A stretch of DNA of 63,229 bases, the filler included, from Chiloscyllium plagiosum (Eukaryota): NCBI RefSeq assembly GCF_004010195.1. It is 5 parts of one record of this genome, joined end to end, with 100 filler letters (N's around TTAATTAATTAA, not from the genome) between each part and the next. Parts side by side here need not be neighbours in the genome. Positions count along the whole stretch, not along the records: positions 36,602 to 53,000 come from NC_057716.1; positions 53,101 to 58,794 come from NC_057716.1; positions 58,895 to 63,229 come from NC_057716.1; 2 more parts are not named here. One strand, given 5' to 3'. The position numbers and the translations under genes were made by a program. The notes below the pieces were generated by a model. The model was not told the origin of the DNA and searched no databases. It saw only the letters and a program-made list of their open reading frames with translations. Below are positions 50,903 through 62,654 of this stretch, in pieces. Each line of letters starts with the position of its first letter. Position 1 is the stretch's first letter.

Positions 50903-51699
50903 TTAAAAAAAAACAAAATTTCAAAAATTTCGATTGACTGTAAAGCACTTTATGGCATGAAAATTTGAAAATATATTACAAACAACATGGATCCACCCAC
51001 AGATTGCTTTAAATTCTACAGTTAAGCTCCCTAACAGGTAGCCATAAATCCATACCTGGCATTTACCGTAAAAACAATCTTCAATGAGGACTTCACAATC
51101 AGCAAATAACATCCAAAGCAGATGAGGTTCTTGGATTTCTTAGGAGGAATCTTCAGTATGGCAACAGAAATACCAGCATGGTAGCCCACTAAAGATTTGG
51201 GGAAGTTACATCAGTGTCACGTTGTTGCATACTTGGAATAGGATTCACTGCCCAAAGAATGTGAAAAACATGCTCAACATATGCTTTACAATGCGAAATG
51301 CACTGGTGGGAATTGACAGAAAAAAGGGTGCTCTCCATAAATGATAAAACACAAGGTATTTCTCTCCACAGATGCTACCAGACCTCAGTTTCTCCAAATT
51401 TGTTTCAAATTACCACAACCCGCAGTTCTTTGTTTTATGATAAAACACAAGGTAACGTGCTACAAGGGCAATTTGTTTCCAAGACTCCGTTTCGAGACTA
51501 TCTTTCTTCCCAAGGACAAACTCACAATGGAGCAGGCTGCCAAATAGCTACAGCCCCCATAACTGGAAAATCGGCAACACCTTTCTTTTAAACTATTGAA
51601 AAGCTTTTCGTTATCATCGCAGCGGATCAGGCTTGGCCAGAACCACGTAAAACACTGCGGATGCTGGAAATGTGAAACTGTGGCGCTGGCGGTGTCCAG

Positions 51700-51960
51700 A
51701 CCTCAGACTGTGATGCCTGTCACCATGGGGCGGCACTATCCTCCAACCGGCCGCTGGCTCTGCCTTGGTCGTTGAATGATGACGTCCGACGTGTTGACGA
51801 AAGGCGGATGAAGGCAGGCGTCGATGGTTGATGACGACAGTGTGGGAGAGGTCGGTTGGTCGCTAAGGTCTTTCCCGGGTGTGTGGGTGTGATTTGAGTT
51901 CGGCCGCCGGCAGAGCGAGTGTGGAGACACGGTCGGGTGGGACTCGCCGGTAAGTTCGGC
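51700..51960 (+). promoter_or_regulatory. CpG-rich promoter with non-coding first exon of a + strand gene (donor after 51949); probably bidirectional
   Basis: Sharp CpG enrichment; GC box 51727-51733; CRE-like TGACGTC 51780-51786 plus two more TGACG half-sites; TCT/TOP-like gtCTTTCC at 51870; CCG|gtaagt. Confidence 0.75.
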
Positions 51961-52815
51961 GGTGGGTGTCCGGACACCCTTTAACCGGTGTTTTTTTTTC
52001 TTCCTCCCTTGCCTTCCACAATCTGAATTTTGTTTTTGTCCCGCCTGGCGCCATATCCATCAGTCTTTCTGATGAAACCTCCCCACTGTCACAATCTGTC
52101 TGACTTCAAATGTGCGGTCACGGCTAGTTGCAGTATTAACGCTGCAGTTTTTTGCCGAGCTGGGATGGAGGGTGGACCAGATCGTCTCCATCTTTCCAGT
52201 AGTGTCTCCCACGGTGAGTATTAGACCCCAGGCTGTCCTCCCACTTACTGCTCTCCGTCTACTTGAGCCCACCTCCTCTAGAGGTGTGAGACAACATCGC
52301 TGAGCAGACTGCCCCGGGAAATATCTAAGACTATGCTGTCCGTCTGTTGACTCGCACCAATTTCCCATTTTCCTCTCTGACCTACGTCGGCTCCCGGCTC
52401 ACACAACGCCTCGATTTTGAAAATTCTCACCCTGGTTTTCATAATCTCTGACATCAACCCCTTCCTGCCTTGAGCCTTTGGCAGCCCAACTGTCTTCACC
52501 TCCTTCTACTTTTAGCCTTTTGAGCGTCCTGGCTGTCATTTGCTCTAATAGGTGTGCCTTCACTTGCCTTGATCCTAAGCTCTCGATTTTCCTTCTGACA
52601 CCTGACAGCAAATTTGTGCTGCTCAGGATTCATAAACTGATGAATGTTGCTGAGAAATTTGTGTATTGAACATAAAGTGTTTCTTATTTGTTTCTTTCCT
52701 GACAAAAGTTGCCAAAATGTGAATGTTGCATTTCTTTGGGCTGAACTTTGTATCCTGTCAGAATATGTACAGTTATTTGACATGCAAGGCCTTGAGTATT
52801 GTGTATCTTTATTCT

Positions 52816-53000
52816 GAGCTGAAAATGTGTTGCTGGAAAAGCGCAGCAGGTCAGGCAGCATCCAGGGAACAGGAGAATCGACGTTTCAGGCATAAGCCCT
52901 TCTTCAGGAATGAGGAAAGTTTGTCCAGCAGGCTAAGATTAAAGGTAGGGAGGAGGGACTTGGGGGAGGGGCGTCGGAAATGTGATAGGTAGAAAGAGGT
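52816..53000 (-). mobile_element. Penelope-like 3' end with hammerhead-like core, cut by a gap
   Basis: Reverse of cattcctgaagaagggcttatgcctgaaacgtcgattc. Confidence 0.85.
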
Positions 53001-53100
53001 NNNNNNNNNNNNNNNNNNNNNNNNNNNNNNNNNNNNNNNNNNNNTTAATTAATTAANNNNNNNNNNNNNNNNNNNNNNNNNNNNNNNNNNNNNNNNNNNN

Positions 53101-53470
53101 GCTCTCTGTGCCCCAATGTTCAGACTGATTCTAATCTAAAAGAAGGATTTACAGAATCTTACATGGAATACTGCAGTTTTTGAGCAAAATAAAATGTAAT
53201 TCTGCAAGGACAAATTCACCCCACAAACTTGTATATCTGTGTGCGTGTGTGCATGTGGGTGTGTGCACACGGGGGCGTATGAGTATCTGTGAGACTGTGT
53301 GTATGTGTGTGAGTGTGAGTGTAAAGGGGTGTAAGTCTATGAGAGGGTGCGTGTGAGTGTTGGAGTATATGTGTGTGAGTGTATGAGAGAGAGCTTGTGT
53401 GTGAGTCTATGGGTCTGCGTGAGTGTATGGGTCTGTAGGAGTCTTGGAGTGGGGGGGGTGGGTTGGGGGG
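53101..53470 (-). mobile_element. Penelope-like 3' region with degenerate (TG)n tract
   Basis: 53120-53185 is reverse-related to 36602-36705. Confidence 0.7.
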
Positions 53471-54649
53471 CAAGGTGGAGAAGAGGAAAGGACCAAAGAA
53501 AATGATAGAAATATCTGCTTTTGCGTAATTTTTTTTCTCTGGTATTTAATCAGACAATAGAAGAAAGATCTTGCATTTATATAGCAACATAGATGACCAT
53601 AGGGCATCATTCAGTCCATTTGACGCCAATGAAGTACTTTCGATATGTGTTGTTGCAAAGTGGCAACTTTCATGCCTCACTGGGCCAGTGCATTGGAAAT
53701 CAAGCTCTATTATTCCTGCATTCATCACAAAAGTTGAAGATTTTATCAAAAGTGTGCAGAATTTGCCCACTTAGCTACATTTTTAGATGCAGGTTAACCA
53801 AAAGCACCGATCAAGTTTCTGTACTTGCTGTGACAAATAGGTAAACTACTACGAACTGTTGATATTCCTGATTACTACAATGGACGTCTGAGTCACGAGC
53901 TGTAGGGTCATAACGTACGTGGTTCATGTATGCTATGACCCTAGTTCATCCAACTAGTCCAAGTTCACCGTGTTCCCAAAGGAAACTGGTCCCATCTACC
54001 TGCATTTGGCCGATATCCCTCCAAACGTTCCTATTCATGTAGATATCCAAAGTCTTTTCGTGAGGAGGTATTTCTTCAGCCAGAGGCTGGTGAATCTGTC
54101 GAACTCATTGCCACAGAATGCTGTAGCGGTGACCAGTTGAAAACTTGTGTGTTGACAATCTATAATGCCTGGTAAATTCCCACTTCAGCTCATATTTTTT
54201 TGATTGCTTTTGAACACTTGTCACTTATTTGCCTTTATTATTTTTCTTCTTTCACAATGGCTGTCACTGTTTGACTGTAATTTAAAGCTGTTTTTTTCCC
54301 AGAAAAAAGTTTGATCTATTACAATTGTTTGACAATCAGCAAATCAACCATAAAAGTTGACTTATAATAACCTACACTATGGCAAATTTTCAAGCTAATC
54401 AATGAATGTACATATAATGGAAGTCATAAGAGGCTAATAGTGAAATCATTGCAGTGTGAAATCAAACTGCTTTTCTGTAAACATTTGCTGCAGACGGTTT
54501 CCAGTCTGGGTCATGGGTAGAAGTGAGCTTGTATGCCCCAATTCTGATACAAAATGCAGAGCAGAGCCAGTTCATTAGAGCTATAATAAGGGATCAAAAC
54601 TAGGCAACTTGCTTTTATATGGTATTTGCCACCCGCTCTTGAAGTGCCT

Positions 54650-55030
54650 TGTGACTGGTGGGTTACTTTTGACATACAGCTTCTGTTCATTTGGTCAATC
54701 AATGTATGCACAGCAAGATCCCACATAAATAATAGCACAATGAACAGTTCTGGTTTGAATTGTTGGCCTGACTTGGAGGAAGATGCCCTGAAAGCATCAG
54801 GTAAGCTTGCCACTCTTAACTTCACGTAACACAGTAGAATAGTGTATTATCACCTGAACAAATTGTCCAAGCTTCAGTTTACTTCCTCGCTCTGATAAAA
54901 TGGCACTTCCTTGAGTGCTGCAGTGAAATGTCACTTTGATTAAATGCTCAAGTCATGAAGTGCAGCTTGAACCCACACCTTCACACTCTCAAGAGGTGAG
55001 AGAACTGCCAACTGAGCCAAGCTGACACTT
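54650..55030 (-). mobile_element. Ancient Deu-domain-like SINE; a related + strand copy at ~56370-56620
   Basis: gcacagcaagatcccacataaat; gtgcagcttgaacccacacc; gccaactgagccaagctgacac. Confidence 0.6.
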
Positions 55031-55258
55031 GCATTTTTTTTATTGAGAACTGAAGTGGAGCCCACTTCAAATGCAAGCCTGTGTGTTACTTGGAGGTGCT
55101 TTTACTTAAACTTCTTCCGATGTCAGTCTTGACACATTTCGTAGCACTCCAAGTTCTGAGGCAAAGGGTTGGCCAGTTCAAATCCCATTTTCTCGAGGTC
55201 TGATCACACTGTCATGTGTGCTGTTACATCCAGACTAAGGGAAAGGCTTACCCCAGTT

Positions 55259-56101
55259 TGTTACGGTTCCAGACAGGATGCCCCAAAATTGTCAAACTCC
55301 CAGGTGAGAAGAGATAGATGGTTCCCCTTCTTTATTCACCCACCCCTCAATTGATCACAAAATAGTTAATTTACAAAGGATTCCTCCATTGTAGATGCAC
55401 TCATTTCTTCTGGGTGAAAGGTACATTGTAAAAGAAGCCAATTTAACCAGGCTTTCGTGAGTGACCAATGAAGTGGATTTATTAGTTACTAAACTCGAGA
55501 AAAAACAATAACACAACATACACACTTAGTTTAGAATTAAAAAGTGAGTTTAAATAAAAAGATACAACTTTAGAGATCTGTAGGTCAGTCTCAGTAGGTC
55601 ATTTGTGAAGGGTAAGTAGTGGAATGTTAATAGGTGAACTGTCAATTTCAGGGTTCTTGCCTTTGCAAGTTGGTTGAAATCTCTTTGTCCTGTTTCTCTT
55701 TGGTTTCTGGCTGGAAACAGATGGAATGAAGGTGTCCTCCTCCTGTCTTGTTCCTTTGAACTAGCCTTTTGACTAGCTGACTTCGAGCACTCAGACTGAG
55801 AGAATCCTTTCACCTACAAGTGGGTGGTTCTTTGACTGTGACGTTAATAGCATACTAGCACTTGAACCTAGGTTAGTACACAAGTGTTTCAGCTCACTAG
55901 CACCCATGGACCACAGTTGAAATGGCTTTTAATCCCTGATTTTTGTGTATTCTTGAATGGGAAAAATATCTCTTACCCAGACTGCTCTCTTCTCCCATCA
56001 TGTCCACAGTTTGTGATAACCACCAGGACATTACCACTCAGCTTGTACTGCATTTCTCCCCTCCCTTTTGAGACTTCCTTGACACCTACCCAGGTGTGAC
56101 A
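55259..56101 (-). mobile_element. Probable solo LTR
   Basis: Starts TGTTAC and ends GTGACA; reverse polyA signal tttatt; no clear TSD. Confidence 0.4.
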
Positions 56102-56105
56102 TTTT

Positions 56106-56107
<2 letters not shown>

Positions 56108-56174
<67 letters not shown>

Positions 56175-56250
56175 CTGTTTCTTTCTCTCGCTCTCTCTCT
56201 TGCTCTCACTCTCTATTTACATACACGTATATGTATACATACATATATAT
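56108..56250. repeat. (CT)n microsatellite followed by an (AT/AC)-rich tract
   Basis: Direct observation. Confidence 0.97.
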
Positions 56251-56639
56251 CTCCAGATAACAACTGATTTCATATCTGCAGTCAGATTTTTGCTATATCA
56301 GTCTTCTTTCTAAAAATACATATTGTAATTCAAGCTTGATATGTCCATAAGTGACCATGCTCATGACATTATGGAGGGAGTGTCGTTGGAGATGTTAACT
56401 TTCAGGTGAGATACTGACGTGAGGCCCTGTCTGTCCCTTTGATGTAGATAATCACAAGGCAATATTTGGGAGAGTTGTCACAATGCACTGACCAATACTT
56501 ATCCTTCAACCAACATCACTAAGTCATCATTTTTGATCATTGTGGAATTGCTGTATGTGGGGCCTTGCTGTGTGTGAAGTTGACCACTGTATTCCTTCAC
56601 ATTACAACAGTGGCACGATCCAAAATACTCTTCCCCCTT

Positions 56640-57655
56640 GAACATTTGTGTCAGCTGCCCCAAGTTTTAGTGTATCCCTCAGCATGTGGTCCTGGACCTT
56701 GTGATGTGCCAGTCTGTAGACTCAGTTGTTGAGAGCTCCTTGCACTGGAAAACCAGCAAGGCTTTGGCAACAAAATGTAGTATCTTTCACTGAATTGGAA
56801 GTCCTCTGGCACCAGTTGATTTTTATCTTAAGTATATTCTTATGAAAACAGCCTACTGCGGATGATGTCCTGTAATAAGGAGCTGCTCCTTATGAACCTC
56901 GACAGAATCCACCACATCTCTTTCCTGGCCTATTTTGCAAAGGCACAGTCAGGAAGGAGTTGGGTGATGGTCTTTTCCCCACAGTAGCAGCAGCCTTGGG
57001 AGCAAGATTTGGAGGCTGAGAGATGCCTGGCTTGCAGGATTTAACGGGGAGAGCTGTCCTCACTGCTAGCCAAGTGACACCTTGGTAGGCTGTTTGAAAT
57101 TTGTACGGATGAGACATTCTGTGAAATGGTTTCGGACATTTGCTCACAAGAATTATCTGACAGCCTCCACCATCCTGTTTTCCTAGACCACCTTCAGACT
57201 ACTTCTGAGGATGCTGTGTAGTGAGCTTGTAGTCACAGGTGGTTTTCTGTACAAACTATTGCCTGTGGGATACGTGTGTTATGACGTGTTCCAACCGAAT
57301 GGGATGACATCTTCCCCAATAAATGCTTTTACCCCCGATCCCAATAATCTTCTTTCAAACGGTGCACATATTAAAAAGTACATTGCGCTACAGTTCAAGT
57401 TGCGCATTACCTAAAGTGCAAAGCATTTCAGTTTCTATCAATTCAGTATGTGGCAGTCTGAGACGCTTCACTAATCTTACAATTACAGCCTATGTTTACA
57501 ATATGCAACCTATGTCAAACATTCTTTTGTGCTTACAACCAGAGGGATTTTACACTGGTTCCAACTACTCAATGTACTATGGCAAGAGTGCCTTAGGCTG
57601 GTCTTTCCAAATTGAACCTTTATAGTAGCTGCCCCTAGTTTTAGTTCATTCCTCA
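56640..57655 (-). mobile_element. Degraded Tx1/L1-clade ORF2 C-terminal fragment
   Basis: TWLAVRTALPV, then in a shifted frame CCYCGEKTITQLLPDCAFAK (zf-RVT-like). Confidence 0.78.
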
Positions 57656-58604
57656 GCATCTGGGATATCTGGTCGGTATGGACGGGTTGGACCAAAGGGT
57701 CTGTTTCTGTGTTGTACATCTCTATGACTCTATCTAGGATGCCTTAATTCCAGCATCCACTACTGGACCACCCCAACAATTAGTTTTCTGAGCTAGCTTA
57801 TCCTATGTCTTGTGAAAGCAAAATTATTAGCTTATGCCAAGTTATAACTAGACGTCTGCTAACTTTGGACCTTGAATTCTGATGGAGAAGTAAAGTAGAC
57901 TTTGTTTTCAGCTGAACAGATGCAGATTCAAGCTCCTGTTGAACAGGGCAATTCTGTCTTTCAACCATCTTAATAGAATGAGCTTTTTATTTGCTGTAGC
58001 ACATCTACAATTTTGAAGTTGTGGGGTGTTGAGTGAGTACGAAGACAAACTCTGTAGCATCCATATTGAACTTCAGACACTCTTCCAAATGATCCATTTT
58101 TAGTTTGAACCTGGTTTTGATTTCATTTGCAACATTTCCTTCATTACATCAGTGACTTAAAAAATACACCACCTTCTTGGCTGTAAAGTGCTTTAAGACA
58201 TTCTTTGAATTGTCAAAAGCAATCTTTTTTTATAATTAATTAAAAATGACAACAATTAAGTCAATGAAAGTCAATGCTGTGTTTGAAGACACTTGCACAT
58301 AGCAATATCCCACAAACATCAAAGGTATGCGTGACACAATAATTTATTTGAGGTAACAATGGAACATACAAATTAGAAGCAGGAGTAGGACATTCAGCCC
58401 CTTGTATCTGCCCTGCCACTCGGTAAGGTCAGAGCTAATCTGACTTTGGCCTCAAATCCACTTCCTTGCTTATTCCCAACAATGAAAATTCATTTTCAGT
58501 GGGCATTTTGATAAACAAGTAATGGTCCTAAAGTGCAGTCATAGATTACCTCCAGAAGTTAAGCTATAAATAAGGACTTTACTAAATTTGCTTCACCTGG
58601 CAAT

Positions 58605-59048
58605 AGGAGAAAGTGAGGATTGCAGATGCTGGAGTACCAGAGTTGAAAAATTTGGTACTGGAAAAATACAGCAGGCCAAGCAGCATCCGAGGAGCAGGAG
58701 AATTGACGTTTCGGGCATAAGCCCTTCTTCAGGGATGCTTATGCCCGAAACGTCGATTCTCCTGCTCCTTGGATGCTGCCTGGCCTGCTGTGTTNNNNNN
58801 NNNNNNNNNNNNNNNNNNNNNNNNNNNNNNNNNNNNNNTTAATTAATTAANNNNNNNNNNNNNNNNNNNNNNNNNNNNNNNNNNNNNNNNNNNNTTAGCC
58901 TGCTGGACCAACTTTCCTCATTCCTGAAGAAGGGCTAATGCCCGAAACGTCGATTCTCCTGTTCCCTAGATGCTGCCTGACCTGCTGCGCTTTTCCAGCA
59001 ACACATTTCCATCTCTGATCTCCAGCATCTGCAGACCTCACTTTCTCC
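58605..59048. mobile_element. Inverted dimer of the Penelope-derived short element (58605-58794) and a + strand copy with hammerhead-like core (58895-59048)
   Basis: cagcatccgaggagcaggagaattgacgtttcgggcataagc / gcttatgcccgaaacgtcgattctcctgctccttggatgctg; ctgaagaagggctaatgcccgaaacgtc. Confidence 0.85.
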
Positions 59049-59340
59049 CTTCTGTGATACAGGTTACTTGCCATTTAACAGCCCAAGCATGGATGTCATC
59101 CAGATGTTGGTGCATCTGGATGTCTCAGTAGTGATAATCAGAACTGAACATTGTATAATCAGCAGCAAATATGCCCATATTTGATCTTATTATGAGCTGA
59201 AGGTCATTGATGGAACTGAAGATGATGGACGGGCCTAAGGAATTTAAAAATGCTCTCATGGGACCTGAGCTTTGCTAGCTTTCCAGCATTTACTGCTCAT
59301 CCCTATTGACCTCCAGAAGGTGGTGGTGAGTTACATTTTA

Positions 59341-59648
59341 ATTAGATTAGATTCCCTACAGTGTGGAAACAGGCCCTTCGGCCCAACCAGTCCACACCGA
59401 CCCTCCGAAGAATAACCCACCCAGACCCACTTCCCTCTGACTAATGCACCTACCACTATGGGCAATTTAGCATGGCCAATCCACCTGACCTGCACATCTT
59501 TGGACTGTGGGAGGAAACTGGAGCATCCAGAGGAAACCCATGCAGACACAGGGAGAATATGCAAACTCCACACAGTCACCTGAGGCTGGAATCAAACCTG
59601 GGACCCTGGTGCTGTGAGGCAGCAGTGCTAACCACTGAGCCACCGTGC
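59341..59648 (-). mobile_element. HE1-type tRNA SINE
   Basis: Full reverse SINE with (ATTAG)n tail. Confidence 0.93.
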
Positions 59649-60711
59649 ATTCTCAAACTGTTGCAGTCCATGTGCTATAGACAGACCTACAATGCTGTTA
59701 GGAAGGGAATTCAAGATTCTGACCCAGTGACATTGAAGGAATAGTGATATGTTTCCAACTTAGGTTGGTGAGTGGCTTGGAGGGGAACTTGCAAATGGTA
59801 GTGTTCCTATATATCTGCTGTCCTGGTTGATGGTAATGGTCATGGGCTTGGAAAGTGCTATCTAAGAAGCCTTTCTGCATTTTTACAGTTCATCTTATAG
59901 ATGATATATACTGCTGGTACTGACTGTTGGCGGTGGAAAAAGTGGTTGCTTGTAGAAGTGGTGCAAATTAAGTGGGCTGCTTTGTCCTTAATGGAGTCAA
60001 GCTTAGGTGTTGTTGAAGCTCCATCCATCCAGAAAAGTGAGGAGTACTCTATCACACTCCTGACATGTGTCTTGTAGATGGTTAACAGGTTTGGGGAGTG
60101 AGTTATTTGCTGTGGCATGCCTAGCCTCTGATCTTGTCTTGTAGCCACTGTATTCATATGGTGAGCTCAGTGAGTTTCTGGTCAATGGTAAGCCAGAAGA
60201 TGTAGATGGTATGGGATTCAGTGATGGTAACACTATTGAAGTCAAGGGGCAGTGGTTAGATCATATCTCATTGGTTATCGTCATTGCCTGACATTTGTTT
60301 GGCATGTATATTACTTTCCACTTGTCAGCCCAAGCCTGGATATTGTTCAGGTCTTTGTTGCATTTGAACATGGACTATTTCAGTATCTGAGGAGCCAAGA
60401 ATGGTGCTGAATACATACATATACACATTCTGATCTTGGATGAAGGGAAAGTCATTGATGAAGCAGCTGAAGATGGGTTGGTCCACAATACTATCCTGAG
60501 ATGACTGACCATCAATAACCACAACCATCTTCAGATAGTTTATCTCCTGCTTCTCACTGATCCCAGGCATGCTAGGGCTCCTTGATGCCACACTCAATCA
60601 AATGTGGCTTTGATGTCAATGGGTGTCAGTCTTACCTCGCCTCTGAAATTCAGTATTTTTGTCCATGTTTGAACCAAGGTCAGGAGTTGAAAGACCCTGG
60701 CAGAACACAAA

Positions 60712-61253
60712 CACTTTTGGAATATTGTGTGCAATTCTGGTCTTCCTCTTATAGGAAGAATGTTGTGAAACTTAAAAGGGTTCAGAGAAGATTTAAAGTA
60801 TGTTGCCAGGGTTAGAGTGTTTAAGCTGTAGGGAGAGGCTGAATAGGGTGGGGCTGTCTTTCCTGGTGCATTGGAGGCTGAGGGATGATGTTATAGAGGT
60901 CTATAAAATCATGAGGGGCATGGATGGGGTAAATAGACAAGGGTGGGGTGGGGGAGTCCAGAACTAGAGGGCATAGGTTTATGGTGAGAGGGGGAAGATT
61001 TAAAAGAGACCTAAGGGCAATGTTTTCATGCAAAGGGTGGTGCATGTATGGAATGAACTACCAGAGGAAGTGGTGGAGGCTGGTACAATTACAACATTTA
61101 AAAGGTATCTAGATGGGTACATGAATAGGAAAGGGTTAGAGGGATATGGGTCAAGTACTGGCAGATGGGACTAGATTAATTTAGGATATCTGGTCAGCAT
61201 GGATGAGTTGGTCTGAAGGGTCTGTTTCCGTGCTGTACATCTCTATGACTCTA
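60712..61253 (+). mobile_element. CR1 3' fragment
   Basis: LLEYCVQFWS plus tail gctgtacatctctatgactcta. Confidence 0.93.
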
Positions 61254-62654
61254 TTACAAACTGGGCACCAGTGAGCTATTTGTTGCTTAGCAGGTGCTGC
61301 TTGATAGCACTGTTGATGACATCTTCCGTCAGTTTACTGACAAATTAAATTGCTAAGCTGAGTTTCTCCTGCTTTTTGTGCATAGGACATAGCTGGGCAA
61401 TTTTCCATATTGTTGCGTTGATTTCTGTGTTGTAGCTATACTGGGACAACTCGGCTACAAGTGCGGCAAATTCTGGAGCACAGGTCTTCAATAGTATCAC
61501 CAGAATGTTGTCTTTGTGGTGTTCAGTGCCTCCAATCATTTTTTGATACATCTCTATGACTGAAAACAAGCATTTGTGATGCTGAACACCTTAGGAGAAG
61601 GCCAAGATAGATCATCCACTTGGCATTTCTGGCTGAAAGTTATTGGAAATGAATCAATCTTATCTTCTGCACAGATGTGCTGGGCTCTCCCATCAGTGAG
61701 GATGGGGATACTTGTGAAGCCACCTCCTCCAGTGAGTTGTTTAATTTTCCACTGTCATTCATCATTATTCATGAGTGAATGTGATAAGACTACAGAGCTT
61801 AGGTCTGCTCTTTGTGGTAGGATCTCTCTATCACTTGGCACACAAACATTCCTATCTGGTGACACCTCATTTTAGGTAAGACTGTTGCTGCTTCGAGCAG
61901 CTCTCCTGCACTCCCCATTGAACCAGGGTTGATGACCTTGCTTGATGGTAATGACTGAGTGGGGGCATTTGCCAGGCCATAATGCTGAAGATTGTGCTGG
62001 ACTAGGATTCTGCTGCTGTTCATAGCCAATAACATTTCCTGGATGCCTAGTCTTGAGTTGCTAGGTCTGTTCAAAGTCTGTCCCATTTAGTGTGGTGATA
62101 ATGGCACATAATACAATGGAGGATATTCTCATTGTGAAGGCAGAACCTCATTTCCATAGAACTTCACTCTTACTGATGCTGTCATGAGCAGATGCATCTG
62201 CAGTCAGAAAATTGGTAAGGATGAGGTCAAGTATGTTTTTCCCTCTTGTTGGTTCCCTCACCATCTGCTAAAGATACGGTCTAACAGCTATGATATTTAG
62301 GACATGATCAGCATGAGCCACTCTTGGTGATGAATAGTGAAATTGCTCAGCCAGAGGGCATTTTGCACCCTTGCCACGTTTAGTGTTTATTCCAAGTGTT
62401 GTTCAACATGGATAATTGTTCAATGTACTCATTCATTGGTTGAGGGAGGATGGTACATGGTAATCAGCAGGAAGTTTTCTTGCCCTTATTTAAACTGATA
62501 GAGTGGGATCTGGAGTCAATATTAACTCCCAAGGTAACTCTATCCCAGTTGTATAGCACTGTGCCTTCATCTCTGCTGGGTCTGTCTTGCTGATGGGCAG
62601 GACATATCCAAGGATGATGGTGGTGATGTCTGGGATATTGTCTGTAAATTATAG

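Larger units (their letters stand above)
40781..51560 (-). pseudogene. Spliced, disrupted gene (or two tandem genes) with Mab-21/cGAS-like nucleotidyltransferase similarity. Candidate exons: 51560-51526, 51188-51056, 50238-50146 + 48571-48346 (or to the stop at 48302), 46057-45932, 43861-43810, 42091-41905 + 41411-40946, 40820-40781
   Basis: Phase-compatible GT-AG exons. Removing each of the two CR1s restores the frame. In-frame stops in several exons. Motifs LWMLFADCE, YILKSTMFFLM, VGTATD...DE*VLDYLFLKP, SSKLL*LFKYMAEYLGKC, GRFNVSIAP. Family call by eye only. Confidence 0.6.
59050..62650 (-). mobile_element. Decayed CR1-superfamily (Crack/L2-like) LINE ORF2, interrupted by younger insertions
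   Basis: LLKTCAPEFAALVAELSQYSYNTEINATIWKIAQLCPMHKK; LLTIYKTHVRSVIEYS. Confidence 0.78.

Noticed and set aside
51341..51454. 18-bp direct repeat ATGATAAAACACAAGGTA
   Set aside because: Explained as the TSD of a short decayed retroelement lying between the two copies.
52065..52105. C/D-box-like TGATGA...CTGA in the first intron
   Set aside because: Only about 35 nt between the boxes and no terminal stem, too short for a snoRNA.
20175..58850. TTAATTAATTAA palindrome recurring four times
   Set aside because: Always centred in 44N+44N, so it is a scaffolding spacer rather than genomic sequence.
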